From the NCBI GenBank assembly GCA_000388065.2, contig KB932205.1: a stretch of DNA of 64,000 nt; one strand, written 5' to 3'. This DNA is from Fonticula alba ATCC 38817 (Eukaryota > Protista > Nucleariida). The number at the start of each line of letters is the position of its first letter. Position 1 is the stretch's first letter. This document shows positions 14,556-28,244 of the stretch, one piece after another. Made by a program: the position numbers and the translations under genes. Under the pieces are notes generated by a model that worked only from the letters and a program-made list of their open reading frames with translations, had not been told where the DNA came from and made no database searches.

Positions 14556-15650
14556 GGATGTGTAGGTACCTGCCCGGTGATCCCGAGAAAGAAGAGAGAG
14601 TCAGCACCGAGGCCGCTTCCTCAGGGAGCAGGGCTTTCGGCGCCGTGGCCCAGTGCCGTCCCGGGGGGAGCGTGCATTTGGCGAGGCAGGGCTGGGGAAA
14701 AAAAAAAAAAAGACCGGCCCGATCGCCACCGGACGCCAGGGGGACCGGGCCCGGGATCCTGTGGGCTGGCATCGCAAGAGACACCGATGCACATGGGCAG
14801 GGGAATGGACCTGGTGATGCCCCGCACGGGAGGGGTGGGGAATGAGAAGGTGCCACCCGCAAGAGGTGCAGCAGGAGCGGCAGGCAGGGGCAGGACAGTA
14901 GGGAGGGGGCAAGACCGAACAGGGGAACAGGATGCGGGGAAAGGGGGCTGTCAGACCGGGAGGGGGTCTGCCTCCCAGTGCAGCGAGATCAGAAGCCATG
15001 CACCCAGATCAATCTTGCATTATTTTATTCCCATTTCCGCCCTCCACACCCGATTTCCGACTCTCGGTGCTTTGCCCCCTCCCCGGCGTAGGGCAGAAAC
15101 CCACAACTCGACAGACGCCGCCGCGAGGAGGGCGGGCAGGGCCGATCAATGAGCGTGCAGATGCCACCGCGATAAATAAAAAAAAAAAACCCGGGCCGGT
15201 GTCGATGCTTGGACACTTCCTTGCCTGGCTACGGCTGGCCCGGGGGAAGTGCAATGCTGGCGGTGGGGGAGTTATGGCACGCGTTGTTCGCGTGATCCGT
15301 TCATGGGCACTTCCCTCGGCCAGCCGCCTCGGCGCCACCGCGCGGGGCCGTGCGCCAGATGGACGCGCCCCTGCGTGGCGGGAATAGAAGGGGCAACAGG
15401 GCTCCCCAGTGATCGGATGCCTGCGTGGGGTATCCCTCGCTCGCCCTCCCCCCCCTCCCCGGTCGCCCCTTCTCATTGAGGCCCCTCCCCCCCCCCCCCG
15501 GACCCCTTTCCTTTGTCCCTCTCCCTCTCCTCCCTGCCTTTCGCCCGCACCCACGCGCTGACTGTCGCCCTCTTCTCCCTCTCCTCCATCCCACCCGTCC
15601 GTCCCTCCGCCGTCCCTCCCCCCCCTCCCCGGTCTGTCCCCGGCTTCCAG

Positions 15651-17147
15651 CACGAAAAACTCTTCCAAGACGCCCGCCGACGGGAGAAAAAGCGCGAGAT
15701 CACCCCCATCGTGGATACCCTCCTCTCGCTTGGAATCTCCGGGTCCCCCGCCATCTCCCAGCCCGGCCGGACTAGCCACCACTCGCATCCCAACCTCTTC
15801 GGCCACGACGCTCTTCCGATCTGAAAAACTCTTCCAAGACGCCCGCCGACGGGAGAAAAAGCGCGAGATCACCCCCATCGTGGATACCCTCCTCTCGCTT
15901 GGAATCTCCGGGTCCCCCGCCATCTCCCAGCCCGGCCGGACTAGCCACCACTCGCATCCCAACCTCTTCGGCCTCGGCACCAACGGCTTCCCCTACAAGT
16001 TGACCCTGGACCTGAGCCCCGCCAATCCCGTCCAAAAGTCGCCGCAGCATCCCTCATCGTCACAGTTGCCCTCGGCTGCCAAAGACCTTGCCCCTGCCTC
16101 CAACACCCCTGCCTCTGCTGCTTCGTCCTCGGCCCCCAACGCGGCTCCCCCTGCTACCGCCTCCGCCTCCGCCATCACCATCACCTCGGATAGCACCGAC
16201 CGCCGCCCGACTCCAGCCCCGGTGCCTGACATCTTGATCACATCGGGTTCGTGTCTTTCATCCCCTCCCCTCCTCCTGCTTGTAGATCGGAAGAGCACAC
16301 GTTACCGCCTCCGCCTCCGCCATCACCATCACCTCGGATAGCACCGACCGCCGCCCGACTCCAGCCCCGGTGCCTGACATCTTGATCACATCGGGTTCGT
16401 GTCTTTCATCCCCTCCCCTCCTCCTGCTTGTCCCTTTCTCTCCCACTCTGCCCACTTTCTGGAGCTGACCCCCCCCCCTCCCCCTCCCCCTCTTCTAGCC
16501 ACCACCCCTGAGGCCGAACTCCCCGGTACCCCCATGAACCAAGCCGGCACCGCGACCGTTGTCCCTCTCTCCTCCATGCAGCAGCCCAACCCGTCCGTCG
16601 GCGGCGGGGCAGGCACCAGCACCGCCCCCGGGGTCTTCCAAGCCGGCCAGGGATTGCTCCTCTCGCCGATGCAGATCCTCGGCTTCCCTTCATCCTCCTC
16701 CGGCGACCAGTCATCCATGGGCTTGCTGTCGACCGGCACCAGCGGTCAGCTACTGTCCTCGCAGGACATGTCCTCGGCCAATATCGGCTCTTCGCAGCAG
16801 CAGCAGCAGCAGCAGCAACAGCAACAGCAGCAGCTCCAGCAGCTCCAGCAACTCCAGCAACTCCAGCAGGTCCTGCAGCTTCAGCAATCCGGCCAGCAGC
16901 AGTCACCATCGCAGCAGCAGCAGCAGCAGCAGCAGCAGTCGCTCCTGCTCCTGCAGCAGCTCCAGCAGCAGCAGCTCCAGCAGCAGCAGCTCCAGCAGCA
17001 GCAGCTCCAACAGCAGCAGCTCCAGCAGCAACAGGCCCAACAGCTCCAGCAGCAGCAGCAGGCCCAGCAGCAGCAGGCCCAGCTTCGCCAGCAGTTCCAA
17101 CAGCAGCAGCAGCTCGTTCAGCAGAACCTCCTCCTCCAACAACAGCA

Positions 17148-17182
<35 letters not shown>

Positions 17183-18070
17183 TCCAGCAGCCTGGCGGCT
17201 CTCTCTCAAGTGCCCAAANNNNNNNNNNTCCGCCCCCTCTTGCTGCTTTGTCTCCCCTCCCCCCACGAGATGCGCTTGCGCCACGAGAATTCCTTCCTCC
17301 TGCAAATTGGTCCGTCCAGCTGCGTGCGGCTTCGCCTGCTTGTCCATGACGCGATGTTGGACCGGTGTGGCAGTGTCATGCTTCAGGTAGGTGCATGGAT
17401 GAAAGAGGCAAGCGGGGCGGGGGGGGGGGTGGGAATATTCCGCGGGGTTGCCCACATACCTCTGGGGCAGTCACCTTCACCCCCTCCCCGCTCCCTTCCT
17501 CGCTCTCTTTTTCCTCCTCCCCTCCCCTCTTTGTCCTCCTTCATGCGCCCACACACGCCCGACTCACACGCACTCTTGGGGACACACGCGCACATGCACA
17601 CATTGGGCCAGGAAATCATGGCCGTTCTCCGGAGAATGCTTCCCCTGTCGTTGCCCGATGGGGTGGGCGCCAGCAAGGCCCTCGATGGCCCCGGATCGCT
17701 GGAGGGCGCCAGTCGGGTCCACCATTCGGCCGACTTCACGCTCACCCTGACGGTGGAGATGGTGGAGCCAGTGAGTACCCTGTTGACGGCTGAGCGCCTG
17801 GAGCCGGAAGCCCGGGCCCTGGCGGCCGGGGTCCTCCGCTCAGTCTCCGGTCCAGCCAGCAATGCCAGCATGGCCCTGCCGGGCCTTGTGCTGGATCGCT
17901 CGGCCGACACCCCCCCCGGGCTGGCCCTCTTCCGGCCGATTGTGGTCGTGGTGCTGGTGGACGTCCCGGAAGCCGAGCTGCAGGCTGTCGCGGCCCAAAC
18001 CGAGCAGCAGCAGCAGCAGCAGCCCTCTCTTGGAAGCTATTTCGAGGGCACGGCCCCGCCAGGCGGCTAA
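15651..18070 (+). CDS. Polyglutamine-containing hypothetical protein (multi-exon; first exon not located)
   Basis: Acceptor at 15650, then HEKLFQDARRREKKREITPIVDTLL... A second exon from ~16499 carries a long Gln-rich tract. The last exon from ~17611 (EIMAVLRRML...) ends TAA at 18070. The model is disrupted by two adapter-linked duplications and a small gap. Confidence 0.65.
15804..15822 (+). other. Illumina adapter remnant (CACGACGCTCTTCCGATCT) at a duplication junction
   Basis: Exact 19-nt match to the 3' end of the TruSeq universal adapter, between two 150-bp copies. Confidence 0.95.
16284..16302 (+). other. Illumina adapter remnant (AGATCGGAAGAGCACACGT) at a duplication junction
   Basis: Exact 19-nt match to the TruSeq read-through adapter, between two 129-bp copies. 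Confidence 0.95.
16795..17185 (+). repeat. CAG/CAA trinucleotide repeats encoding polyQ/QL tracts
   Basis: Imperfect (CAG)n arrays with CTC interruptions, in frame with ORF 16399-17349. Confidence 0.95.
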
Positions 18071-18295
18071 ATGCATCATTGCAGGCCGCGATCGAGGCAA
18101 GTCCGTGGGGGAAAAGAACCGGGCAAGGGTCGAAACGCGGGGGAGTCTATATCTTCCTCTGCCTCCACCTCTGACAGGAGGGGGGGGGGGAGGGGCGGGA
18201 AAAGCAAGTGTGGCTTGTTGGTGCGACAAAGCAGCCGGGGGGGGGGGGGCAGTGTCGCGGGGCGGCGTGCGAGCTGTTCGGTGTCCTTGACACCA

Positions 18296-20032
<1,737 letters not shown>

Positions 20033-20569
20033 GGTGTGTGAGGGGGGCGGCGGGAGGGGAGGGGGGAAAAAGGTGGGGCAGGAGGGAGCACTTTGTGCAG
20101 GTGTGTCCCGTCCGTCGGCTTGGGGTGGTCCTCCGCTTAAAATGCCCCACTCCCCGGCCCCCCCCCCCCACACACACACACGGGAGGATCTCCCGGCCGG
20201 CCCCGCCCCCGCGCGCGGGAACCCGCGGGGCAGGGCCAACGTGCCGCGAATGGCGGCGATCTGGCAAATGCGTTGGCACTCGGCCCCGCGATCGGCCTGC
20301 CCCCGCCGCTGCGCGCGCCGGGTCCTTCTTTTAGGGCGCTGGCCAGGGCCTCACTCCCTCACGCGTGGGGTTGTCACCCTCTGGGCTTCGTCTCCCCCTT
20401 TCCCCCCCNNNNNNNNNNNNNNNNNNNNNNNNNNNNNNNNNNNNNNNNNNNNNNNNNNNNNNNNNNNNNNNNNNNNNNNNNNNCCCCCCCCCCCCATTGC
20501 CGGCCCCCTCCCGGCGCAGCTGACCCCCATGGCCGTTTGGCTCCCGGTGTGCATGCACGCGCGCCCCAG

Positions 20570-21040
20570 ACATCCGTCGCGAGAATGCCCTGCGCAATGC
20601 CCTCTTCGATGCCGCCTCGCGAGCGCTGTCGACGCCGGCCGCTGCCGGGCTGACCATCGGGTCGATTGGTCCGCTGGTCGGGCCTGCCCCGGGGGCCCGA
20701 ACGGTCATCGAGCCCTCGGCCAAGACCGTGGTCATCCTGGATGCGCCCAACTACATCAAGGGCTTCCGGTATCAGCTGTATTGCGCCGCACGCGGCGCGG
20801 CCCTGCAGCACTGCTTGGTACGCGAGTGCCCCGGTCGAATGCCCACCCCCCTCCTCCACGTGCCTCACGCCCGGGCTCGCCCTCCGCCCGTGCCGCTAAC
20901 TGTCCCGCCTTCAGATCGAGTGCCAGGAGCCTCGCGAGGGTGCAACCGTCTGGAACCTCCGGCGCCGGGAGCGCGGTGAGCCGGCCTACGATGACAAGAC
21001 GTGCGTCCCATGTAGCCCGGTTCTCGCTCCCTCGCGCGCG

Positions 21041-21082
<42 letters not shown>

Positions 21083-22321
21083 CTCGCGCTCACTCTCCAG
21101 CTCCCCTGTCTTTGTGCCCTTCTTTCCTGTCACTGCCAATCGCCAATGAAGTTTCGATGAGCTGCACATGCGCTTCGAGCCGCCGAATGGCGCCCAGCGC
21201 TGGGATTCACCTCTGTTCGTCGTCGCCAGCGCCGACCCTGGGCCGGCCGGCTGCCCGGACCCGGCTGTCATGGCGGGCGATCTTGCGGCCGGTGCCGCGA
21301 AAGAGATCGACATCGACGCACTTGCCGCGAGCCAGGCACTTCCGTGGTTTGCGGCGGTCGAGCGCGAGGTCCTGCCCGGGGTGTACCGGGCGCCGGCGAG
21401 CGCCCCGGTCGGGGGGCCTCCCTTGACGGATGCCTCCTCGAGCGGGCCGGTTCGGCCGCATGCGAGCACGCGCTCAGTACGTTCCCCGTCCCCCCTCCTC
21501 TTCCTCGCTCGCTCGCTCGCTCGCTCGCTGGCGGTCTTCCTGCTTTGCCCTTGGCCAGCCTCTGTGGCCCTTGCCATTCCTCGACTGACGGGCGGCCATC
21601 TGGTCCCCAGGTGGTGGCCACAGCCATGGCCGATCGGCCGCACATCCGGGACCGTGCCACGCAGCACGTTGTGGCGGTCTTCCACCGGGCACTTCTGGAG
21701 GCGGCCGGGCCAGGCGCCGGGCCCGGCGCCGGGATGGTCCCCACTTGGGGGACCACCCTGCCCGTGGAGTTCCCCCTGCGTGTGGTGGTGCCTGCCCTGG
21801 CTGCTGCGGCGACGACGGGATCCGGATCTGGCTCCGGCGGCCCGGGCGCAGGGGGCCCACGTAAGTTCGGTGCTCCGCGCAAGTTCGGCGCCCCGGCGGC
21901 CGCCGCCACGACCGCCGCTGGAAGCCCCGCCCCCGGCCCGGCCGCCGCTCCCGCCCCAAGTAGCCCCCCCTTCGCGGTGGATGTGCCGCGGGAGTTTGCT
22001 CTTCAGGAGCTACACGCCTTGCGCCGGCGCTTCCTCCAGCTGCGCGCCCAGTGCGAAACGTCGCCCTTGACCACGACCACCGCGGCGGCGGCGGCAGCAG
22101 CGGCCGGCACCCAGGCGCCCGGCCTGGCATCGGCCAGCTCGGCCACGGCGGCGGCCAGTCGCGGAGGCGCCGGGACGCATGTCATCGAGCTGGATGTGGC
22201 GGCGGCGGCCGCCTGCTCGGCCCTGCTTGATGAGGACAGCACGCCATCGGTGGCCCGGGCGTTTGCCTCCTTCCTGGTGGAGTGGCTGAGCCTTCACCCG
22301 AGCCAGGCACCTAGTGCCTAG
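20570..22321 (+). CDS. KTI12: KTI12 homolog (Elongator-associated, PSTK-like); N-terminal exon(s) not located
   Basis: Exons ~20570-20817 (ENALRNALFDAASRAL..VVILDAPNYIKGFRYQLYC), 20915-21000, 21152-~21477 (FDELHMRFEPPNGAQRWDSPLF) and ~21611-22321 (DRATQHVV..LQELHALRRRFLQL..FASFLVEWL). All match Kti12 conserved blocks. Confidence 0.88.
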
Positions 22322-22551
22322 TGGCGAGCATGCTTCCCTCGCCTGCTTCCCTCGCCTGCCCCATGGTCTTGGTGGCGGTGGTGGAAATGCAAACACACGG
22401 GCCGGCCGACACACACACACACATATATATATATACACACACATATGTAAAAATCCATGTGAAGTAGGGATTGCGTGTATTGACGCCGGATGGTCCTGCA
22501 TGGCTCTCCGGGAGAAGAGTGGCCCACGCTGGCGTTGCCAGTCACAATCCC

Positions 22552-23169
22552 TCACTTGAGCCTGGGCGCGTCCGGGGGCCGGGGCAGGCGCCAAGACACC
22601 GGGGGGGGGGGGCAGGGGGCGAGGCGAGTCTGTCAGCGTCGACCGGGGCCGAGGGGAGGGGGGCGGGATCCCAGTGGGCAAGCAGGCGGGGAGGCTCATG
22701 CGCAAGAGGGCCTGACGTACGGATACTCCAGAGGCTCCGGGTTCTTATATAGCGAGGGGGGATGGTCCTTGAAGATCTTCTCCATGATGGCAATCCCCTG
22801 AGGAAAGCAGCGCCAAAAAGGGTTAGACACAGGGGAAGAGGAGCCACGACCCGCTGCAAGAGGTGCGTGGGCGCGCGCGTGTGCGTGTGTGCATGTGTGG
22901 GGGGGCGTGCATGCGTGTCCCCCCCCCCCCCCCCCCCGGCGGTGGGGCCGAGCGAGCAACTCGGGAATACGTACGTCCCGGAAAGACTGGTCGAAGCGCG
23001 ACAGGTTGTTGTGGAACTCATTCGGGCCAGGCGGCACACCGAGGCCCTCGGGCAGCTCCGGCGCCGGGAGCTTGGAGGCAGGCAGGGCCGGGGTGGCGGC
23101 GGTCGCAGCGGCGGCACCCTTGGCCGGGGCAGCCGAGCGCTTGGCCGGGGGCTGCTTGCGAGGAGGCAT
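22552..23169 (-). CDS. Small hypothetical protein (~93 aa), 3 exons
   Basis: Exons 23169-22975, 22797-22721 and 22561-22552 with GTACGT donors and CAG acceptors splice in frame to MPPRKQPPAKRS...PNEFHNNLSRFDQSFRD-GIAIMEKIFKDHPPSLYKNPEPLEYP-LK*. Confidence 0.7.
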
Positions 23170-24033
23170 GGTGGCAGAAGGAGCGAGGGGGAGGGAGAAA
23201 AAAAAGCAGAAGGAGGCGTGCAAAGAGCAGGCGCGAATGCAGAGGAGTGGGTGGGATGCGGTCCCCCTTGGACAGGGGCCCCCGCCGTGGCAGCATAAAT
23301 CCGGCCGACCGGGCGGCGCGCCGCGCCCGGCAGCGAGAGGCGGCGCGGGCGTGCGCGCATGCCCTCGCGCGCCAGGATGCCTCGGCGGGCGGATGGGCGC
23401 GCGCGCGCATTCGGAACAATGCGAGATCGTCGGCAGCCGGCGGACCGAAGCGTGGGTAATCCCCCGGGCACATGACCATTTCCCGGGGGGCGCCACTGCC
23501 GTTTGCGGTTGTCTGTTGGTCTTTTTTCGAAGCCATTGGGCGGGCATTGTGGGTGACGGTGGCGCATGGCCCCCGGCGGGCGGGGGTCCTCCCCCCTCGG
23601 GGGGCCGGACGCGGGTGCGTGGGGGGGTGTGTGGCTTTGTGTGCGCGCGCGTCGGCGTGCGTGCGTGTGGGGGGGGGGGGGGGGGGGGGGGCGCGCGCAT
23701 CCCCGCCCGAACGCGATCGGCCATCAGCCCCGGCGGGGCTGATGCCTGCATGCCCAGATGCGGGCGCGGGGCCGGCCCCGCGTTCCTGGCGGGATCGGCC
23801 CGTTCTTCGGGAGAGGAACCGAGCGGCGGGATGCCGCCATGTGCATCTCCTCAACAGTGTCCCTCCCCTTCCGCCAGCTCTTTCCCTTTCTCTCTCTCTC
23901 TCTCTCCCCCTCCCTCCCTCTTTGCCATCTTGCCTTGTCTTGCCACCTTTGTCTCTCGCCTTCTCTTGCTCTTTCCGCCGCTCCCTCGCTCCGCTCCCTC
24001 GGCCTCAGGCACCCGCCCCCCTCCCCGCGGAGG

Positions 24034-27000
24034 ATGGACACCCAGGCGGATCACACCTTCTTCGGGGACTTCGCCGAGGGGGATTCCTTCTTCCTGCCGG
24101 CCAGCCAGCTCCCCTCGGCCACGTACGGGACACAGGCCACCCAGGCCACCCCACGGCCATGGCCTTCGGAGAGGGTCGCCAGCGTCGACACCGCCGAGGC
24201 CGCCTTCCTGGCCAGTCTGGACCGGTCGTCCCAGCACTTTGCCAGCCAGAGGTCCCCCGGCGGGGGGTCTGCCTTTTCACAATCCTCCCAGGCGGCCATC
24301 AGCTCCTGGTCCTACAGCACGCAAATCCAATCCAGCCAGCTGGATCTCGCCGGGCGCCTGGTGCCGGTGGGCCTTCCCCCGGGGGCGGCGGATGCCCTGG
24401 CTGCCGAAGTGGCCGTCGCACGGGCCTTCGCCCCGGGGCCGGCGAGCCCGGCCGATGTGCGTCACCCTTTTTTCTCTCCCCCTCTCCCTCCTGCCTCCCT
24501 TCCCGGTGGCCGGCATTGACCTTGTGTTCGGTGTCGCTCTGCCCCCCTCGCCGTAGGGTCTTTCACGGCGACTGGACGCCATGCTGCGCGAGGCTTCGAC
24601 CCCCGGGGCGTCGGCCGGCCGGCGCGAGGACACCATGCTGGGGTGGCTGTGCATCGCGCGCGATGTGTGGGAGCGCCGGCTGGCCGAGCACCGGCTGGCC
24701 GTGATGGCCGCCCACCGGTCGTCCTCCGACGACTCTTCCCCGTCCGAGGACGATGACGCTGCCACCGCTGCCACCGATGGTGAGGACGGGCATGCGGAGG
24801 CCGGGGCGCGTGGCGATGTCCCCGACGGTCTGTCGGGGTCCGGATCCCCGGGTCTCGAGACCGAGCCCGAGCATTGGAGCGACCGACAGTCGATGCCGAG
24901 CCGCGAGTCGCCGGGCTCCTCGGACCCCGGGACTCCGGCCTCCGGCGATGGGTCCGGCGGCTTCGCGGTCCCCGGCGCTCGGGCCGCCGCGACCGAGGTC
25001 GACCATACGTCGGCCCTGCTGGCGGACTTGGCCTCGGCCGTGGCCGCCATGTCGATCGAGCGCCTGTCGGATGCGGTGGGATGGATCCGCTCGCGTGCCG
25101 GGGTTCTTCTCCATTCGACCAGTGACACCTCGGACCCGGGGCACCCGAATGCCCTGACTCTGGCCTCGGCGACCATGTCGCTCTTTGAGCTGGCGGTGCG
25201 CCGCGCTTCGCCATCGGCCGCGCCCGGTTCGCGCCCCGAAGGCCATTCATCGCTAACTCGCCGTGTATTCGCTTCTTCTTGCCGGGGGGGGGGGGGCCTG
25301 GCCAGATTCGCATTGTCCCTCCGAAGGTCCTGCTCGCGAATGCGCAGCTCCTGTTTCACAGCTTTGCCCGGGCACGTCCGCGGGACTTGAGCAAGCTCGG
25401 CCCCTCGGGCGAGGCCCTCACCCTGCTGCCCTCGCTGCTGGGCTGTCTGGCGGAAATGCCACGGCCGGACCCGGCCGCCCAGGCCAACGCCTCCGGCGAT
25501 GCCAGTGCCCCGGAATTGTGGCTGACAGTCCGCCGGTCGACGGGCGACGAGCTGATGACCGGGCCCGAGTGCGTGGCCTTCCTTGTGGGCAAGCTGGCCT
25601 CCTTCTCCTGGCCAACGCATCTGGTGCGCATGGCGTCCTCCGCCGGCTTTGCTTCTTCTTCCCCTTGTCCCCCGCCTGCCCTTGGCCAAGCGCCCGGCTG
25701 CCTCCTGACACTGACGCCCGGCCCCCTTGGTGCGGGGGGGGGGGAGGGCGAACCGGATTCAGATTGTTCCCATGGCCTCGCTTTTGCGGAAATTCCCCCC
25801 GGTGCCGGGTTCCGTGCTGGCCGGCGCCCTGCACGCGGACCCGGCCTTCGAGTCCTGGCGCGAGGCATTCCACGGGTCGGCGATGGACACCGGCACGGGC
25901 GCCACCGCGGTGGCGCCCGTGCCGGCCTCTGTGGACCTGGTTCTTTGCCTTTTGTGGCAGCTACGCCGGTGTGAGGCCGCCGACATCGGGGCCCTGTTGC
26001 AGGCGATCTTGACCTTCGCCCAGGAGGGCCTCGAGGCGTGTGACGCGGAGGCGGCGGCCCCGGCCGCAGGCGCAGCCGATATGCCGGCCACCCGGCGGCG
26101 TGCCCGAGCAGCCGGCGACCTGGCGGATCCCGGCCCGGCCAAGCGTCGGCCAGCCGCCTCGCAAGCCCGTACACAGGCTCGGTCGCAGGCTCGGTCGCAG
26201 GCTCGGTCCCAAGGTCGCACCCAGACACCGGCGCCGGGGGCTGCTGTGGCCGACTCGGCCCCGGCCCCGGCCCCGACGGCTGCACCTCCTCCTTCCAGGC
26301 CCGGCGCCGTCCTGCTGCCGAGCGAGCCACTTGCCCGGATGATCCTCGCTCTGGTGGTGGATCACTTCGAGCTGACCGACCACCTGTACGGGGTGCTGGC
26401 CTGCCGGGCCACCGAGCCGGAGTCGCTCGCGTGCGTTTCCCCGGATCCCGTCGCTCCTTGATCCGGGCTCCCCCCTGCCGTTCCCGGCCTCGCCGCTGCA
26501 TCTAACAGCTCTCTGCTCCTGCCTCCCTTCCTCCCTCTCCAACTCGCCCTCCCGTCCGGACCCCAAGGCCCCTCCTGCCCCTGGTGCGCCGGTCGAGCGC
26601 CGAGCAGTATCCGTCCATCCGGCGGGCCGTGGCTCAGCACCTGTTTGCCGCGTTGCGCACCTTCCCAGTGCGTGGTCCCCCGGCCCCCCGCCCCCCCCTT
26701 GCCCCCCTCTTGCCATGTGCCCGGCCTCCATGGCCCCCTGCCACGACTCTAACCCGGCCCTCGGTCGGGCGCCCGCAGACCCTTCGCCGTCGCCTGGCAC
26801 AGCTCCTGGTGAGGCGCTTCCACCGAACGGCGGGTCCCCGCCCGTCGGCCGGCCTGTGGCCCGAGGACCTTCCCCCACCTCCCCCCCTGGGCCCCTTCGC
26901 CGCCGTGGCTCTGCTGCAGTGCGCCGAAATTGAGGGGCTCATGCAGCCGGGGGCCCCGGGGGCCCCGAAGCCCGGGCCCCGGCGCGCCCCGGAGCCGGGC

Positions 27001-28188
27001 TTTGACTTTCGCCAGCTGGCCGACCTGCTTTCCTCGTGGCACCAGCGAGGGGTGGTGGCGGCCCGGTTGCGGGCCTTTTCCGGCATCGGCGCCGAGGGGG
27101 TTCCCCCTGCTGGGCCCGGCGGCCCGGAAACGACCATCCTCTGGCTGGCCCTCTTCGCGGACATGCCCCCTTGGGAGGAGCTCTCTGCGGCCCGGGCCAC
27201 GCCCGGCCTGGCGAACGCCGCGAGCGCCAGCTCGGCTCGCCTGAAACATGGGTACTTTTCGTGTGCCGGATGGGCGGTCCGCGCGGGGCCGGCCCTCCTC
27301 CAGCTGGCCCTGGAGGCGGCGCTCAGTGTCTCCTCTCCGCTGGCCGGGCCGCTCTTTGCCGGGGGCCCGGACACCGCGCGTGCGTTGCTCCTCGGTCTCG
27401 TGCTCCCCCTCCCGCCTGTTGCTGCCCTGGGCTCCGGCGGGCCTGGCCCCCCCCCCCCCCTGCTTCGGCCACTGACTCGGTCCCCAACGTGTGTGCATGT
27501 CCTCGGGCTCGTGTTTCTGCCGCTGGCCACTGGGCCCGGTGGCGTCATGGTCTGGCCGGCTTTTTTTGGGCCGCCCAAACCGGACGCCCACATGTGCCCA
27601 GCCGCCGGGCTCGGCCTGCGGCCCCGGGACTTCTGGCACATCTCCGCGCCCCCGAGCCCCGGGACGCCGATCGAGCGCATCCTCGGCCACTTTGCCTCGG
27701 TCCTGGTGACGACGGTGCTCTGCCCCCTGGCGGCCTTCTGGTGGGCCGCCGGGGCCGACCTGCCGGGCCCGGACCACCACGGGCAGGTGCCCTTCCATGT
27801 GGCGGTCCACCGGCTGGCCACCGGCGCCCCGGGGTCCGGTGGGCCTCGCCCGGCGGAGGCCCTGCCGCTGGCCAGCCTCCGGCAACTCCGCCAGGGCCCG
27901 ACTGCTGAGCGTGCCTGGCTGGCGGTCCTGGCCCGAGCTGACCGGCACCTTTTCCGCCGGCCGGTCGGCCTGGCGGCATTGGCCTGGTCCACCGGGTCGC
28001 CGGGGGACCTGGAGCCCACGAGCGGCGCCCTGGATCACGCCCTCTGGCTGGGCCACTGGCTCCTGGGGGCCCTGGAGGCCGGGGCCTGTGCCGGGCTGCT
28101 GGCGGCCGATTGCGCGGTGCTCTGTCCCGACGAGGGCCCGGGCGACCCGGGCTGCCTGTTGCACATGGTGCGTGCTTGTACGCCTGCT

Positions 28189-28244
<56 letters not shown>

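Noticed and set aside
15654-16431. Internal domain duplications in the polyQ gene as biology
   Set aside because: The copies are identical and the junctions are Illumina adapter sequence.
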